Source: Undibacterium sp. Ji22W
GTDB lineage: Bacteria; Pseudomonadota; Gammaproteobacteria; Burkholderiales; Burkholderiaceae_D
Direction: 5' to 3'
Assembly (NCBI RefSeq): GCF_049340305.1
Contig: NZ_JBMPOU010000001.1
Span: 631,511-671,510 of the forward strand
Length of the DNA: 40,000 nt
In this document: one piece after another, positions 28,962 to 37,203 of the stretch
Layout of the letters: the number at the start of each line of letters is the position of its first letter
Position numbering within the stretch: position 1 is the first letter of the stretch
Program-made: the position numbers and the translations under genes
Notes under the pieces: model-generated
What the model was told of the DNA's origin: nothing
What the model saw: the letters and a program-made list of their open reading frames with translations, nothing else
Database searches by the model: none

Positions 28962-29012
28962 CAAGTCGCTCAAGGCCGCTTCGTTGGACAGCCCCTTAGC
29001 TCGGCGTGAGAG
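28956..29012 (+). repeat. attC 7, degenerate (57 bp; R'' CTCTAGC, R' GTGAGAG)
   Basis: R'' complements the cassette's 5' boundary GTTAGAG at 6 of 7 positions. The arms AAGTCGCTCAAGG and CCTTAGCTCGGC partly pair. An alternative or orphan R'-like end TCTTTAACGTTACAC lies at 29034-29048. Confidence 0.45.
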
Positions 29013-29063
29013 TACTCCGTAGTATCCTATTGTTTCTTTAACGTTACACACGAGGAGCTAAAA

Positions 29064-29468
29064 ATGCATGCCTTAAAATTGATAATGATTGTCTCTATTT
29101 TCGTTGGAAGCAGTAACTTAGTTGCTGCAGAAAATAGCGTAGAAAAAGAATTGAGAAAAAATAAGAGTTTGCGTTGTGTTGCTGTTGCAATGGAAGGTAA
29201 AAATTTGATGAAATCAAACGTGATGAGTGCCGATGCGAACTTCTCCCAACAAAATGATACTGTTTTACAAAATCATAAAGAACAACTAAGAACTAATCGC
29301 CCCCAAGGCACTGAAGACGAAATGTCAAACGCGTTATATAGCCTTGCAAAAAATGAGCATAAAGCAATGAATGTTTACATCTCCGAGAATATTAAAGATG
29401 CAAGCGAAGTTGAAAAATTCGCTAAGAAGTTTATATTAAACCGATACAAAACTATCGGATGTCTCTAA
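29064..29468 (+). CDS. Cassette 8 ORF, secreted protein of unknown function (134 aa)
   Basis: A strong RBS (GAGGAG) lies 6 nt upstream. Signal peptide MHALKLIMIVSIFVGSSNLVAAEN. Confidence 0.7.
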   Translation: MHALKLIMIVSIFVGSSNLVAAENSVEKELRKNKSLRCVAVAMEGKNLMKSNVMSADANFSQQNDTVLQNHKEQLRTNRPQGTEDEMSNALYSLAKNEHKAMNVYISENIKDASEVEKFAKKFILNRYKTIGCL

Positions 29469-29507
29469 AGAAAATATTTTCGATGTTTGAAGAAGCAGTA
29501 AATGCGC

Positions 29508-29596
29508 CCTAACTTGACATTCGTTACGGACGCGCGAATTATCTACGCGCTCTATTTTGAAAACTCGTGTGCGCACCTTTCAACTCAACGTTATAC
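29508..29596 (+). repeat. attC 8 (89 bp; R'' CCCTAAC, R' GTTATAC)
   Basis: The 3' end GCGCACCTTTCAACTCAACGTTATAC is of the array's family type. Both R boxes deviate by one position from consensus. Confidence 0.6.
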
Positions 29597-29614
29597 ACAT
29601 ACGGAGAAGATGAT

Positions 29615-29860
29615 TTGGAGACTTACAATTTCCAAGCAAGATGGAAAGAAGAATTGGTTTGTTCAACTCCTGCAAAGTCATTCGTATTGGAATTCCCAAT
29701 AGGTAATCCGACCGTTTACTTTCCAAATGAATGTAGATGGAAGGAAGTGGGGCCGTCATGGGCGACCGAGGACTGGCCTGCTCTGCATGAGCAGCTGCGA
29801 GCCTGGTGTAAGAAAAATAATGTAGAACTTATGATCGATGAGACCGCGAATGTCTATTGA
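29615..29860 (+). CDS. Cassette 9 ORF, unknown function (about 81 aa from TTG; the ORF track gives a GTG at 29567)
   Basis: The frame is open from 29567, but that start lies inside attC 8, which belongs to the previous cassette. The first in-cassette start is TTG at 29615, 8 nt after GGAG. There is no in-frame ATG until near the 3' end. Confidence 0.5.
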   Translation: METYNFQARWKEELVCSTPAKSFVLEFPIGNPTVYFPNECRWKEVGPSWATEDWPALHEQLRAWCKKNNVELMIDETANVY

Positions 29861-29869
29861 CCAGTCGAT

Positions 29870-29954
29870 GCATAACATGACAATCGACCGGACTGGCCCT
29901 GAAGCGGCTCAGTGTTTTATTAATTGGTGGGCGGCCATCCACTCACCGTTGCGT
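29870..29954 (+). repeat. attC 9 (85 bp; R'' GCATAAC, R' GTTGCGT)
   Basis: R'' complements the cassette's 5' boundary GTTATAC at 6 of 7 positions. The 3' arm ATTAATTGGTGGGCGGCCATCCACTCACC aligns with attC 1 and attC 4. Confidence 0.65.
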
Positions 29955-29963
29955 GATGCAAAC

Positions 29964-30314
29964 ATGACTAAATTCATACTCGCCCTTGTCTTTGTAGTTT
30001 GCACCTCATCTGTGTTTGCATGTGAGTCGCCCGATGCCGAATGGTCCATGATCCTTCAGAGCAAAAAACACACTGTGAAAGGGCCCTACACAATAGCTGA
30101 ATTAGAATCAAACAACTTGATCGAAATTCGTGAAACAAAAGAAGTGCTGCCATTTGGGTATATTAATAAATATTGGGTTCAGTTAAAAGCTAGATACTTG
30201 CCTGGTGATCGTTTTTATTTCGTCCATTTTCAAGATGGACGTTTTTTCGTTGAGCGGCATGTACTAGTTAGGAATGATTGTGTGATTGGTGCTTTAATGG
30301 GCGCGATCTCCTAG
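29964..30314 (+). CDS. Cassette 10 ORF, exported protein or lipoprotein of unknown function (116 aa)
   Basis: The ATG at 29964 gives MTKFILALVFVVCTSSVFACESPD, a signal peptide with a lipobox-like FAC. The ORF-track start at 29838 would read through attC 9 and the previous cassette. Confidence 0.65.
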   Translation: MTKFILALVFVVCTSSVFACESPDAEWSMILQSKKHTVKGPYTIAELESNNLIEIRETKEVLPFGYINKYWVQLKARYLPGDRFYFVHFQDGRFFVERHVLVRNDCVIGALMGAIS

Positions 30315-30320
30315 TGCTTT

Positions 30321-30375
30321 ATCTAACATTCGACGATGACGCATGAATGCGTCCCTTCCTAAATTTCAGTGATGG
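30321..30375 (+). repeat. Possible decayed attC 10 (R'' ATCTAAC; no canonical R'; best candidate GTGATGG)
   Basis: A consensus R'' lies 7 nt after the stop, and there is an internal hairpin GACGCA-tgaa-TGCGTC (30338-30353). No GTTRRRY follows. A second R''-like box ATTTAAC lies at 30388-30394. Confidence 0.3.
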
Positions 30376-30418
30376 GCGTGCTGGCCTATTTAACATGACA
30401 TGACATGGCATTTCTTTT

Positions 30419-30796
30419 ATGATTGATTGGCAAATTATCGTCGAGGGAAAATTTCCTTCAGGTTGGGATGAACATAAAGATGGTTGTTGGTTCCCTGACT
30501 TCGGCACCCAAAAATATTTGCTTCCTTACTTTGACGTTGGTGAGCAACCAATTGACGAATATGGCGCGACGCGCTTTGATGTCGATACGATGAAACGCCT
30601 TCGTACCCATCTCAAATGGCAGCGTGATTATTTCGAAGCAAAAGGGGATACATGGGTAATAACGGAGACCGGCGACGGACAATGTGAATCCTATACGCTT
30701 CAACGAGACGTCGTCGTTGGGGTCATTGATAGAACGATTTCAATGGTTGGGATCGCTATTCATTTGAATGGTCAACTTGTGTTTCGGGGTGACTAA
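30419..30796 (+). CDS. Cassette 11 (or second gene of cassette 10) ORF, unknown function (125 aa, cytoplasmic)
   Basis: Only long ORF in this segment, in cassette orientation. The stop codon is embedded in the R''-like ACTAAAC (30792-30798). Confidence 0.6.
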   Translation: MIDWQIIVEGKFPSGWDEHKDGCWFPDFGTQKYLLPYFDVGEQPIDEYGATRFDVDTMKRLRTHLKWQRDYFEAKGDTWVITETGDGQCESYTLQRDVVVGVIDRTISMVGIAIHLNGQLVFRGD

Positions 30797-31126
30797 ACGA
30801 AGATTGATGCCTTCTTGGTACACATCGTATTACCTATGGCAATCGTGACTCCGTTCGGTCAATCCATATCACATTTGGTTTTATGCCCCGCTTGATGGGT
30901 TTACTTCGCACCCGGCAGTAGCTTTCCTGTTGACGCGGGCGGCGCATGTCATTTGCTAGTACCGGTTTCTTAATCAAGCATAAGCTCAACGCGGACTTCC
31001 AAACGATGTGTCAATTCGCTAGTGATTAACAAACATACCTGGTTCAAAGTCGATTATGCTCGCCGGGGCAGCAGCTACAATGACAACTCCTCGCACCTTA
31101 AATCTATCTCTATGGAGAAGCAAGTT

Positions 31127-31474
31127 ATGTACGGTCTTATCGGAAAAATGAAGTGCACACCTGGGCAGCAAGATTACTTGATATCCATTTTGCTAGAAGG
31201 TGTGTCGGGAATGCCGGGTTGTCTTAGTTATGTTGTCGCTAAAGATCCCACTGACGCAGATGCGATATGGATTACAGAAGCATGGACAAGCCAGCAGGCG
31301 CATAAGGATTCACTTTCGCTGCCTTCGGTACAAGCGGCGATCGCCAAGGCACGGCCCATTATTGCCGGATTTGGCGAACGTTTTGAAACGCAACCTGTGG
31401 GTGGCCATGGTCTGGTGGCTGCGGGTGGTGTTGCGAATGGGATTGCAAATGGGATTGCAAATGGGATTTCTTAA
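31127..31474 (+). CDS. Antibiotic-biosynthesis-monooxygenase (ABM/YgiN-like) domain protein
   Basis: From the ATG at 31127 (GGAGAAG 6 nt upstream), MYGLIGKMKCTPGQQDYLISILL ... WITEAWTSQQAHKDSL is typical of ABM domains. The ORF-track start at 31022 is probably an extension. Confidence 0.7.
   Translation: MYGLIGKMKCTPGQQDYLISILLEGVSGMPGCLSYVVAKDPTDADAIWITEAWTSQQAHKDSLSLPSVQAAIAKARPIIAGFGERFETQPVGGHGLVAAGGVANGIANGIANGIS
31430..31468 (+). repeat. 12-bp tandem repeat x3 (ATTGCAAATGGG) encoding the (GIAN)3 C-terminal tail
   Basis: GTTGCGAATGGG ATTGCAAATGGG ATTGCAAATGGG ATT. Confidence 0.85.
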
Positions 31475-31581
31475 GCATTCACCCCGCGAGCATGCTGGGG
31501 CAAGCTGTGAGTTCTACAAAAAAGCTGTTCCTTGGTATTCGATATTCAAATAGTTCGCTATTCTCGGAGGAGAAATCGACA

Positions 31582-32469
31582 ATGAAGAAGAACACATTCA
31601 TTGCAAGTTTGGCCTTTTTGCTGATGAACTTTGCTCAAGCGGAAGTGGTGCGTGTCGATGTGCGACCTTCAACCACTGCGCCTGAGATCAAGGCGGCAGA
31701 TTCGCCGCATATTGTTCTTGTTGATGCAGGTCGCGTCGCAGGTGATCTCTTGCTATGGATGCCGGGCACTCTGGGACGTCCGCATCTTGGTGCACAATTT
31801 GATTTTCCGCAATTTGCGGCGCAGCAGGGCTATCGTGTCATTATTTTGTCCTACATTACTGATCAGGCTGTGTCGGGTATTTGCGTTGGCAAGAATTTGC
31901 GCGGCAACCGGTCTTGCGCGGAAGATTTTCGACGCAAACGCATTTTTGGTGATCTGGGATTTTCGCTGATCGCGGACCAAGCGCAAGACGCCATTCAATA
32001 CCGATTTACGCAGCTTTTACAATATTTGAAAGACACGCGCCAGGATGAACATTGGGAGCATTATCTCAACGCCGATGGCAGTCCGCGGTGGGAACGCATT
32101 GCAGTCGGCGGTCAATCGCAGGGCGGTGGACATGCCGCTTTTATCGCCCAAACGAAACCAGTGGCGCGCGTGATCATGTTGTCGGGAGGCTGGGATATAA
32201 GCGCACCAGGGGAGATTGCCGACTGGTACACCAAGCCCAATGCAACGCAGCCCAAGCGCTGGTTTGCTACCTATCATGTGGAAGAGCCTACCGCGAATCT
32301 GATGGCAGAAATTTATCGTGCTTTGCGTATACCCGCGGCGAATGTGGGTGTGTTCGAAAAGCCAGTCCGGGGAGCCAAAGCACATGGCGAAGGCTTATCT
32401 AATTCTGCTTATCAATCGTGGTGGAAATTTGCGCTTGGACGCGCTGCCTCGGTTTTGGAATCGCCTTGA
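31582..32469 (+). CDS. Secreted alpha/beta-hydrolase-like protein (GxSxG)
   Basis: The ATG at 31582 follows GGAGGAG and gives signal peptide MKKNTFIASLAFLLMNFAQAE. A nucleophile-elbow-like GGQSQGGGHAAF is present. The ORF-track start at 31492 is an upstream extension. Confidence 0.6.
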   Translation: MKKNTFIASLAFLLMNFAQAEVVRVDVRPSTTAPEIKAADSPHIVLVDAGRVAGDLLLWMPGTLGRPHLGAQFDFPQFAAQQGYRVIILSYITDQAVSGICVGKNLRGNRSCAEDFRRKRIFGDLGFSLIADQAQDAIQYRFTQLLQYLKDTRQDEHWEHYLNADGSPRWERIAVGGQSQGGGHAAFIAQTKPVARVIMLSGGWDISAPGEIADWYTKPNATQPKRWFATYHVEEPTANLMAEIYRALRIPAANVGVFEKPVRGAKAHGEGLSNSAYQSWWKFALGRAASVLESP

Positions 32470-32537
32470 GTTATTACCTGGCACCATCGGCGTGAAGCGA
32501 CTTGCGTTCACGCTAGATGGTGGCAATTTCTCTGTAA

Positions 32538-33581
32538 TTACTGCGCGGGATTTGCGCCTTCAGCATGAATTTGATTGATCGCTGCAATCAGCTCATTACT
32601 TAAGCAAACTTCCGTTGCGCGAATGTTTTCTTCCAATTGGATTAAGTCGGTTGCGCCTATGATGGTGCTGGCCACAAACCAGCGTGAGTAACACCAGGCC
32701 AATGCAAGTTGTGCAGGGGTTAGTCCATGCGCGCGCGCTAAAGCCGTATACCGTGCGCTCGTGGTGATGACTTCAGGTCGCATATAGCGCGGACTCCAAG
32801 TTGGCGGGAATTTTGTCAAGCGTCCTTTGGCTAGTGCATCATCGACGTATTTACCCGTTAAGCGTCCGAACGCGAGTGGGCTATAAGCGAGCAGTCCGAC
32901 TTGTTCGCGATAGCAGGTCTCAGTTAAGCCTTGCTCGTAGCTGCGGTTCATCAGATGGTAGGGATTTTGAATTGAGACGATGCGGGCTTGTTGCTTGCGT
33001 TCGGCATGCTTGACGAATTCGCTCACGCCCCAAGGTGTTTCGTTGGACACGCCGATGTGACGAATCTTGCCTTCTTTGACCAGGCTGTCTAAGACATCCA
33101 ATGTGGCCTCAATGTCGACGCTGTCGTGTTCTAAGTCGGGATTAAATTCTTTCTGACCAAAAATAGGCGCGTTGCGGCTAGGCCAGTGTAATTGATACAG
33201 ATCGATGTAATCGGTATGCAGGCGTTGCAAACTCGCTTCGATGGCGATACGGATATTCTTTGCATCGAGATCGTTATCGCCATTGCGTATCCATGGCATG
33301 CCGCGTGACGGACCGGCTACTTTGGTGGCTAAAATGATGTTGTTTCGTTGACCAGATTGCTTAATCCAGCTGCCGATAAATTGCTCTGTACGGTGGACTG
33401 TTTCTGCGCGTGGCATGACAGGATACATTTCGGCGGTATCAATAAAATTCACGCCATTTGCTACTGCGAAATCAAGTTGCTGATGTGCTTCTGCTTCTGT
33501 GTTTTGCTCACCGAAAGTCATGGTGCCAAGACATACTTCTGACACCATTAAATCGCTGCAGCCAAGTTTTTTGAGTTTCAT
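32538..33581 (-). CDS. tas: NADP(H)-dependent aldo-keto reductase, Tas-like
   Basis: MKLKKLGCSDLMVSEVCLGTMTFGEQNTEAEAHQQLDFAVANGVNFIDTAEMYPV and 347 aa, typical of Tas/AKR11-type enzymes. Confidence 0.85.
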   Translation of the reverse strand: MKLKKLGCSDLMVSEVCLGTMTFGEQNTEAEAHQQLDFAVANGVNFIDTAEMYPVMPRAETVHRTEQFIGSWIKQSGQRNNIILATKVAGPSRGMPWIRNGDNDLDAKNIRIAIEASLQRLHTDYIDLYQLHWPSRNAPIFGQKEFNPDLEHDSVDIEATLDVLDSLVKEGKIRHIGVSNETPWGVSEFVKHAERKQQARIVSIQNPYHLMNRSYEQGLTETCYREQVGLLAYSPLAFGRLTGKYVDDALAKGRLTKFPPTWSPRYMRPEVITTSARYTALARAHGLTPAQLALAWCYSRWFVASTIIGATDLIQLEENIRATEVCLSNELIAAINQIHAEGANPAQ

Positions 33582-33651
33582 GATTAATCTGAAATTTTGA
33601 GATGGAATCGATAGGGTGGATATAGCATTGTCGTAGCCACCTTATGTAAAG

Positions 33652-34695
33652 TCATTTATTGTTTCGTATTGCGAGGGCGCACTCACGCACCAAAGCGGGA
33701 CCGCGGTAGATCAAGCCTGAATACACTTGCACTAACGATGCACCTGCATCCATTTTTGCCACTGCATCTTTGCCTGAAAAAATACCGCCAACGCCGATGA
33801 TGGGCAGCGCGTTGCCGAGCTCTGATTTTAATGTGCGTATGACTTTGTTGGATAATTCAAATACCGGTTCACCCGATAATCCACCAGCTTCTTCGCCATG
33901 TTGTAGACCTTTGACCGCATCGCGGGTGATCGTCGTGTTGGTGGCGATCACGCCATCAATTTTATGGCGCAATAAAGATTCGGCGATGTTTTTGATTTGC
34001 TCGCTGTCGATATCAGGTGCAATTTTTAAAGTGATGGGCACATAACGTTTATGTTGATCGGCTAAGCGCTGTTGTGCGTCTTTGAGTTTGGATAACAGAT
34101 CGTCGAGTTCGGATGCACCTTGCAATTGACGTAAGTTTTTTGTATTCGGTGAGGAGATGTTGACAGTGACGTAGCTAGCGTAAGGATAGACTTTATTCAG
34201 ACACAGCAAATAATCGTCGGCAGCTTTTTCTATCGGTGTATCTGCGTTCTTCCCGATATTTAAGCCGAGCACACCTTGCTTCTCTTGATAAAAACGTGAA
34301 GCTTGCACATTCGCGACAAAGGCATCGACGCCACCGTTATTAAATCCCATACGATTAATAATCGCGTTGGCTTGCGGCAAGCGGAACATGCGTGGCTTAG
34401 GATTGCCAGCTTGGGCGCGTGGTGTGACAGTGCCGATTTCGATCGAGCCAAAACCTAAAGATGCCAGCCCATCAATATAGCGGCCATCTTTGTCCAAGCC
34501 TGCGGCTAAACCCACCGGATTCGGAAACGTAATTCCCATCACTTTACGCGGATCGGCCGCTGGCTTAGGGAGCAGGCGCGTCAGACCCATATTGTGAGCG
34601 CGCTTTAGACCCGGTAGCGTTAGGTCATGCGCGCTTTCAGGATCCATGAAGAAGAGGAAAGGGCGAGCTAAGGAATAGAGCAATTGATCGGACAT
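33652..34695 (-). CDS. pyrD: Dihydroorotate dehydrogenase (quinone), class 2
   Basis: [48 protein letters not shown] and GVGGI motifs; 347 aa. Confidence 0.93.
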   Translation of the reverse strand: MSDQLLYSLARPFLFFMDPESAHDLTLPGLKRAHNMGLTRLLPKPAADPRKVMGITFPNPVGLAAGLDKDGRYIDGLASLGFGSIEIGTVTPRAQAGNPKPRMFRLPQANAIINRMGFNNGGVDAFVANVQASRFYQEKQGVLGLNIGKNADTPIEKAADDYLLCLNKVYPYASYVTVNISSPNTKNLRQLQGASELDDLLSKLKDAQQRLADQHKRYVPITLKIAPDIDSEQIKNIAESLLRHKIDGVIATNTTITRDAVKGLQHGEEAGGLSGEPVFELSNKVIRTLKSELGNALPIIGVGGIFSGKDAVAKMDAGASLVQVYSGLIYRGPALVRECALAIRNNK

Positions 34696-34719
34696 AATTT
34701 TAAGTAGTTTACATTGAGT

Positions 34720-35529
34720 TTAGAGTGATTGCCAGCTGCCATCGAGTAAAGCTTGCAGTGGTTTGAAATTGGTTTTGTACGACATTTTACGGCTGGCTTC
34801 TATCCAGTAACCGAGATATAGGTAGGGTAGGCCAAGTATTTTGGTCTGGGCGATTTGCCATAGCACATTGAAGGTGCCGTAAGCGCTATGTGGCACATCG
34901 GGATCATAGAAAGTGTAAACGGAGGATAAACCATCATTCAAGATATCGATGATGCTAATCATACGTACAATATCTTGCGCGTCACGAAATGCGACCAGTC
35001 GCGTATTGACTCTACTCTGTAATAGAAATTGTGCATATTGATCGCGCCCATCTTGATCCATGCCACCGCCCGCATGGCGGCGACTTTGATATCGTTGATA
35101 GAGCTCGAAGTGTTCTTCAATAAATTCGAGTGGCAAAATTTCGGCATGTAAATCGGCGTGCAATCGTAGTGCGCGACGTTGGCTACGGTTGGTTTTGAAT
35201 TCGTCGACGATGGTACGTACCGGTGTGCAGGCCGAACAATGGTCACAATACGGGCGATAAACAAAAACACCGCTGCGTCGAAAGCCACGACTGACTAATT
35301 CCGAATACACCTCATTGCCGATCAGGTGTGCTGGTGTGGCAACCTGCGAACGCGCTTGCCGATCATCCAAATAGCTGCAGGCGTAGGGCGCTGTCGCATA
35401 GTAATGCAACGTGATGTAGTTGCCCGCATCATTGCTATTATCGGCACTATCAGTATGATCAGCGCGTTGAATTGCTTCGTCAGCGATAGGCAAAATAGAC
35501 TGTGTTGGCGGATTAGTTCGGGATTGCAT
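34720..35529 (-). CDS. bpt: Arginyltransferase-family aspartate/glutamate leucyltransferase (Bpt)
   Basis: ATE N- and C-domain features ([38 protein letters not shown]). It overlaps the aat stop by 17 nt, the usual aat-bpt pairing. Confidence 0.8.
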   Translation of the reverse strand: MQSRTNPPTQSILPIADEAIQRADHTDSADNSNDAGNYITLHYYATAPYACSYLDDRQARSQVATPAHLIGNEVYSELVSRGFRRSGVFVYRPYCDHCSACTPVRTIVDEFKTNRSQRRALRLHADLHAEILPLEFIEEHFELYQRYQSRRHAGGGMDQDGRDQYAQFLLQSRVNTRLVAFRDAQDIVRMISIIDILNDGLSSVYTFYDPDVPHSAYGTFNVLWQIAQTKILGLPYLYLGYWIEASRKMSYKTNFKPLQALLDGSWQSL

Positions 35530-36295
35530 CGCTGATCATCTTTCTGCTGGCTAGGGGATGCGTGGTTTGTAAATATTCCTTGAAGCTGATTAAATCTAAA
35601 GAACTCCAATGTTGGATCGTCTCTTGCACAATCGCCTGCCTTACATGTTGCATGAAGTCATGGCGGCTTATGGGCTTAGCGCCAAATGTCGCCAGATGCG
35701 AGGTTTCTTGCTGGCAGTCTATCATTTCCACATCCTGCTTGCGTAAGAAAACCACTAACTGACTTAATGCCATTTTAGAAGCATCCGTCACCTTAGCAAA
35801 CATCGATTCACCATAAAACATTTTACCGATGCAAATGCCGTAGGCTCCACCGACTAATTGGTCGTCAAGCCAGACTTCTGAACTATGCGCATAGCCTAAT
35901 TGGTGCAGAGCGGTATAGCCAGCGATGATCTCTTCTGAAATCCAGGTTCCATCTTGATTTTTGCGTGGTTCGGCGCAATAGCGCATGACTTGTTCAAATG
36001 CCGTGTCAAAACGAAAACTCCAGTGCGGATCTTTGAGCGATTTGTTCAGACGCTTCTTTAAACTATCGGAGAGTTTGAAATCGCTAGTTTTTAAGACCAT
36101 ACGCGGATCAGTTGACCACCACAACACGGGCTGATCTTCAGAAAACCATGGGAATATGCCGTTCTGGTAGGCATTTAATAGGCGTTCAGGTGACAAATCG
36201 GCACCAGCAGCCAATAAGCCTGCGGCACCTTGTTCCTCCGTCAAGGCGTCCTCGACATTGGGGAACGGGCTGTCAATTTCTAACCAAGGAATCAT
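35513..36295 (-). CDS. aat: Leucyl/phenylalanyl-tRNA--protein transferase
   Basis: [48 protein letters not shown]. Confidence 0.88.
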   Translation of the reverse strand: MIPWLEIDSPFPNVEDALTEEQGAAGLLAAGADLSPERLLNAYQNGIFPWFSEDQPVLWWSTDPRMVLKTSDFKLSDSLKKRLNKSLKDPHWSFRFDTAFEQVMRYCAEPRKNQDGTWISEEIIAGYTALHQLGYAHSSEVWLDDQLVGGAYGICIGKMFYGESMFAKVTDASKMALSQLVVFLRKQDVEMIDCQQETSHLATFGAKPISRHDFMQHVRQAIVQETIQHWSSLDLISFKEYLQTTHPLASRKMISDAIPN

Positions 36296-36324
36296 AGGTG
36301 CGGGATGCCGATATACTTGCTTAC

Positions 36325-36894
36325 TTAGTTAGGGCGATGTGATTTATAAAAATCATGTTCGTGCAAGCTAAATTGTCCACCAGCGCGGACTTTTTTTAGG
36401 TCTTCAAAAAAAAACTTCAAAGTCTGTCCCACTGTAGCAAACGCAATTTCGTCCCAAGGGATTTCATGTTCGGCAAATAAAGCTACTTCGAGACTCTCGA
36501 TCCCGGCCAGATAATTCAAGTCAACCAAAGTTGCTCTATAGAATAGGTGGACTTGATCTACATGCGGTACGCTGAGCACGGAGAATAATTCGTGCAGTTC
36601 AATATTTGCTCCAGATTCTTCTATCGTCTCGCGTTGTGCAGCTTGGCGACAAGTTTCCTGATTCTCCATAAAGCCTGCTGGCAAAGTCCAGAAGCCATAA
36701 CGAGGCTCAATCGCGCGTTTGCAGAGCAACACTTTGACTTCGCCTGCAATATTCCATATTGGTAAAGTACCGACCACCATGTTCGGATTTTGATAATGAA
36801 TCGTGCCGCAGTCTGTGCAGACAAAGCGTTCTCGCGTATCGTCAGCGGGAACTTTCAAAGCCACAGGCGCAGCGCAATCAGAGCAAAATTTCAT
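36325..36894 (-). CDS. NUDIX hydrolase with N-terminal zinc ribbon
   Basis: CSDCAAPV...[12 protein letters not shown], followed by a Nudix box ([22 protein letters not shown]). Confidence 0.8.
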   Translation of the reverse strand: MKFCSDCAAPVALKVPADDTRERFVCTDCGTIHYQNPNMVVGTLPIWNIAGEVKVLLCKRAIEPRYGFWTLPAGFMENQETCRQAAQRETIEESGANIELHELFSVLSVPHVDQVHLFYRATLVDLNYLAGIESLEVALFAEHEIPWDEIAFATVGQTLKFFFEDLKKVRAGGQFSLHEHDFYKSHRPN

Positions 36895-37090
36895 AGCGTA
36901 AATCTTTCGGAGCAGACATATAAATTGTATCTATCAAAGTGTATCACTGTCAGTCAGATTCGATGAGAGCATAAGTGATAAAACCACGTAGAGTCATGAT
37001 GTGGCGATAAGTATCTACTTACGAATACTGCTTAAGTATAGAAAGAAATTGCGCAAAGCAGCAAAGTCCTGTATAGTTCTATTTATCAGA

Positions 37091-37167
<77 letters not shown>

Positions 37168-37175
37168 GTTTTAAG

Positions 37176-37203
37176 AAAAAGCCACGTTTCATCGTGGCTT
37201 TTT
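37176..37203 (+). terminator. Rho-independent terminator after tRNA-fMet
   Basis: AAAAAGCCACG-tttcat-CGTGGCTTTTT. Confidence 0.85.

Larger units (their letters stand above)
23526..30798. mobile_element. Chromosomal-type integron: intI, attI and an array of at least 10 gene cassettes (distal end uncertain, about 30.8-31.0 kb)
   Basis: An integrase plus a family of imperfect-palindrome attC sites (R'' RYYYAAC ... R' GTTRRRY), each following a + strand ORF. No transposition genes and no resistance or 3'-CS genes are seen. Confidence 0.88.

Noticed and set aside
29502-29702. 66-aa ORF starting inside attC 8, and the 29838 start of the 158-aa ORF reading through attC 9.
   Set aside because: Both would initiate in one cassette and end in the next. 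For the 158-aa ORF, the internal ATG at 29964 gives a clean signal peptide and respects the cassette boundary. For the 66-aa ORF, the alternative frame (29615-29860) is longer.
24640-30400. Whether the regularly recurring short repeats (GGCGTTAAAC and similar) could be a CRISPR array.
   Set aside because: The repeat units are 54-93 bp imperfect palindromes with only loosely conserved sequence. Spacing is 355-890 bp and each interval holds an ORF. An integron integrase, not cas genes, is adjacent. These are attC sites.
31022-32469. Whether the ABM-domain and hydrolase genes are further integron cassettes.
   Set aside because: I could find no R''/R' pairs or attC-family arms after either gene, and both have good RBSs of their own. 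I left them as flanking chromosome, though the distal array boundary remains uncertain.
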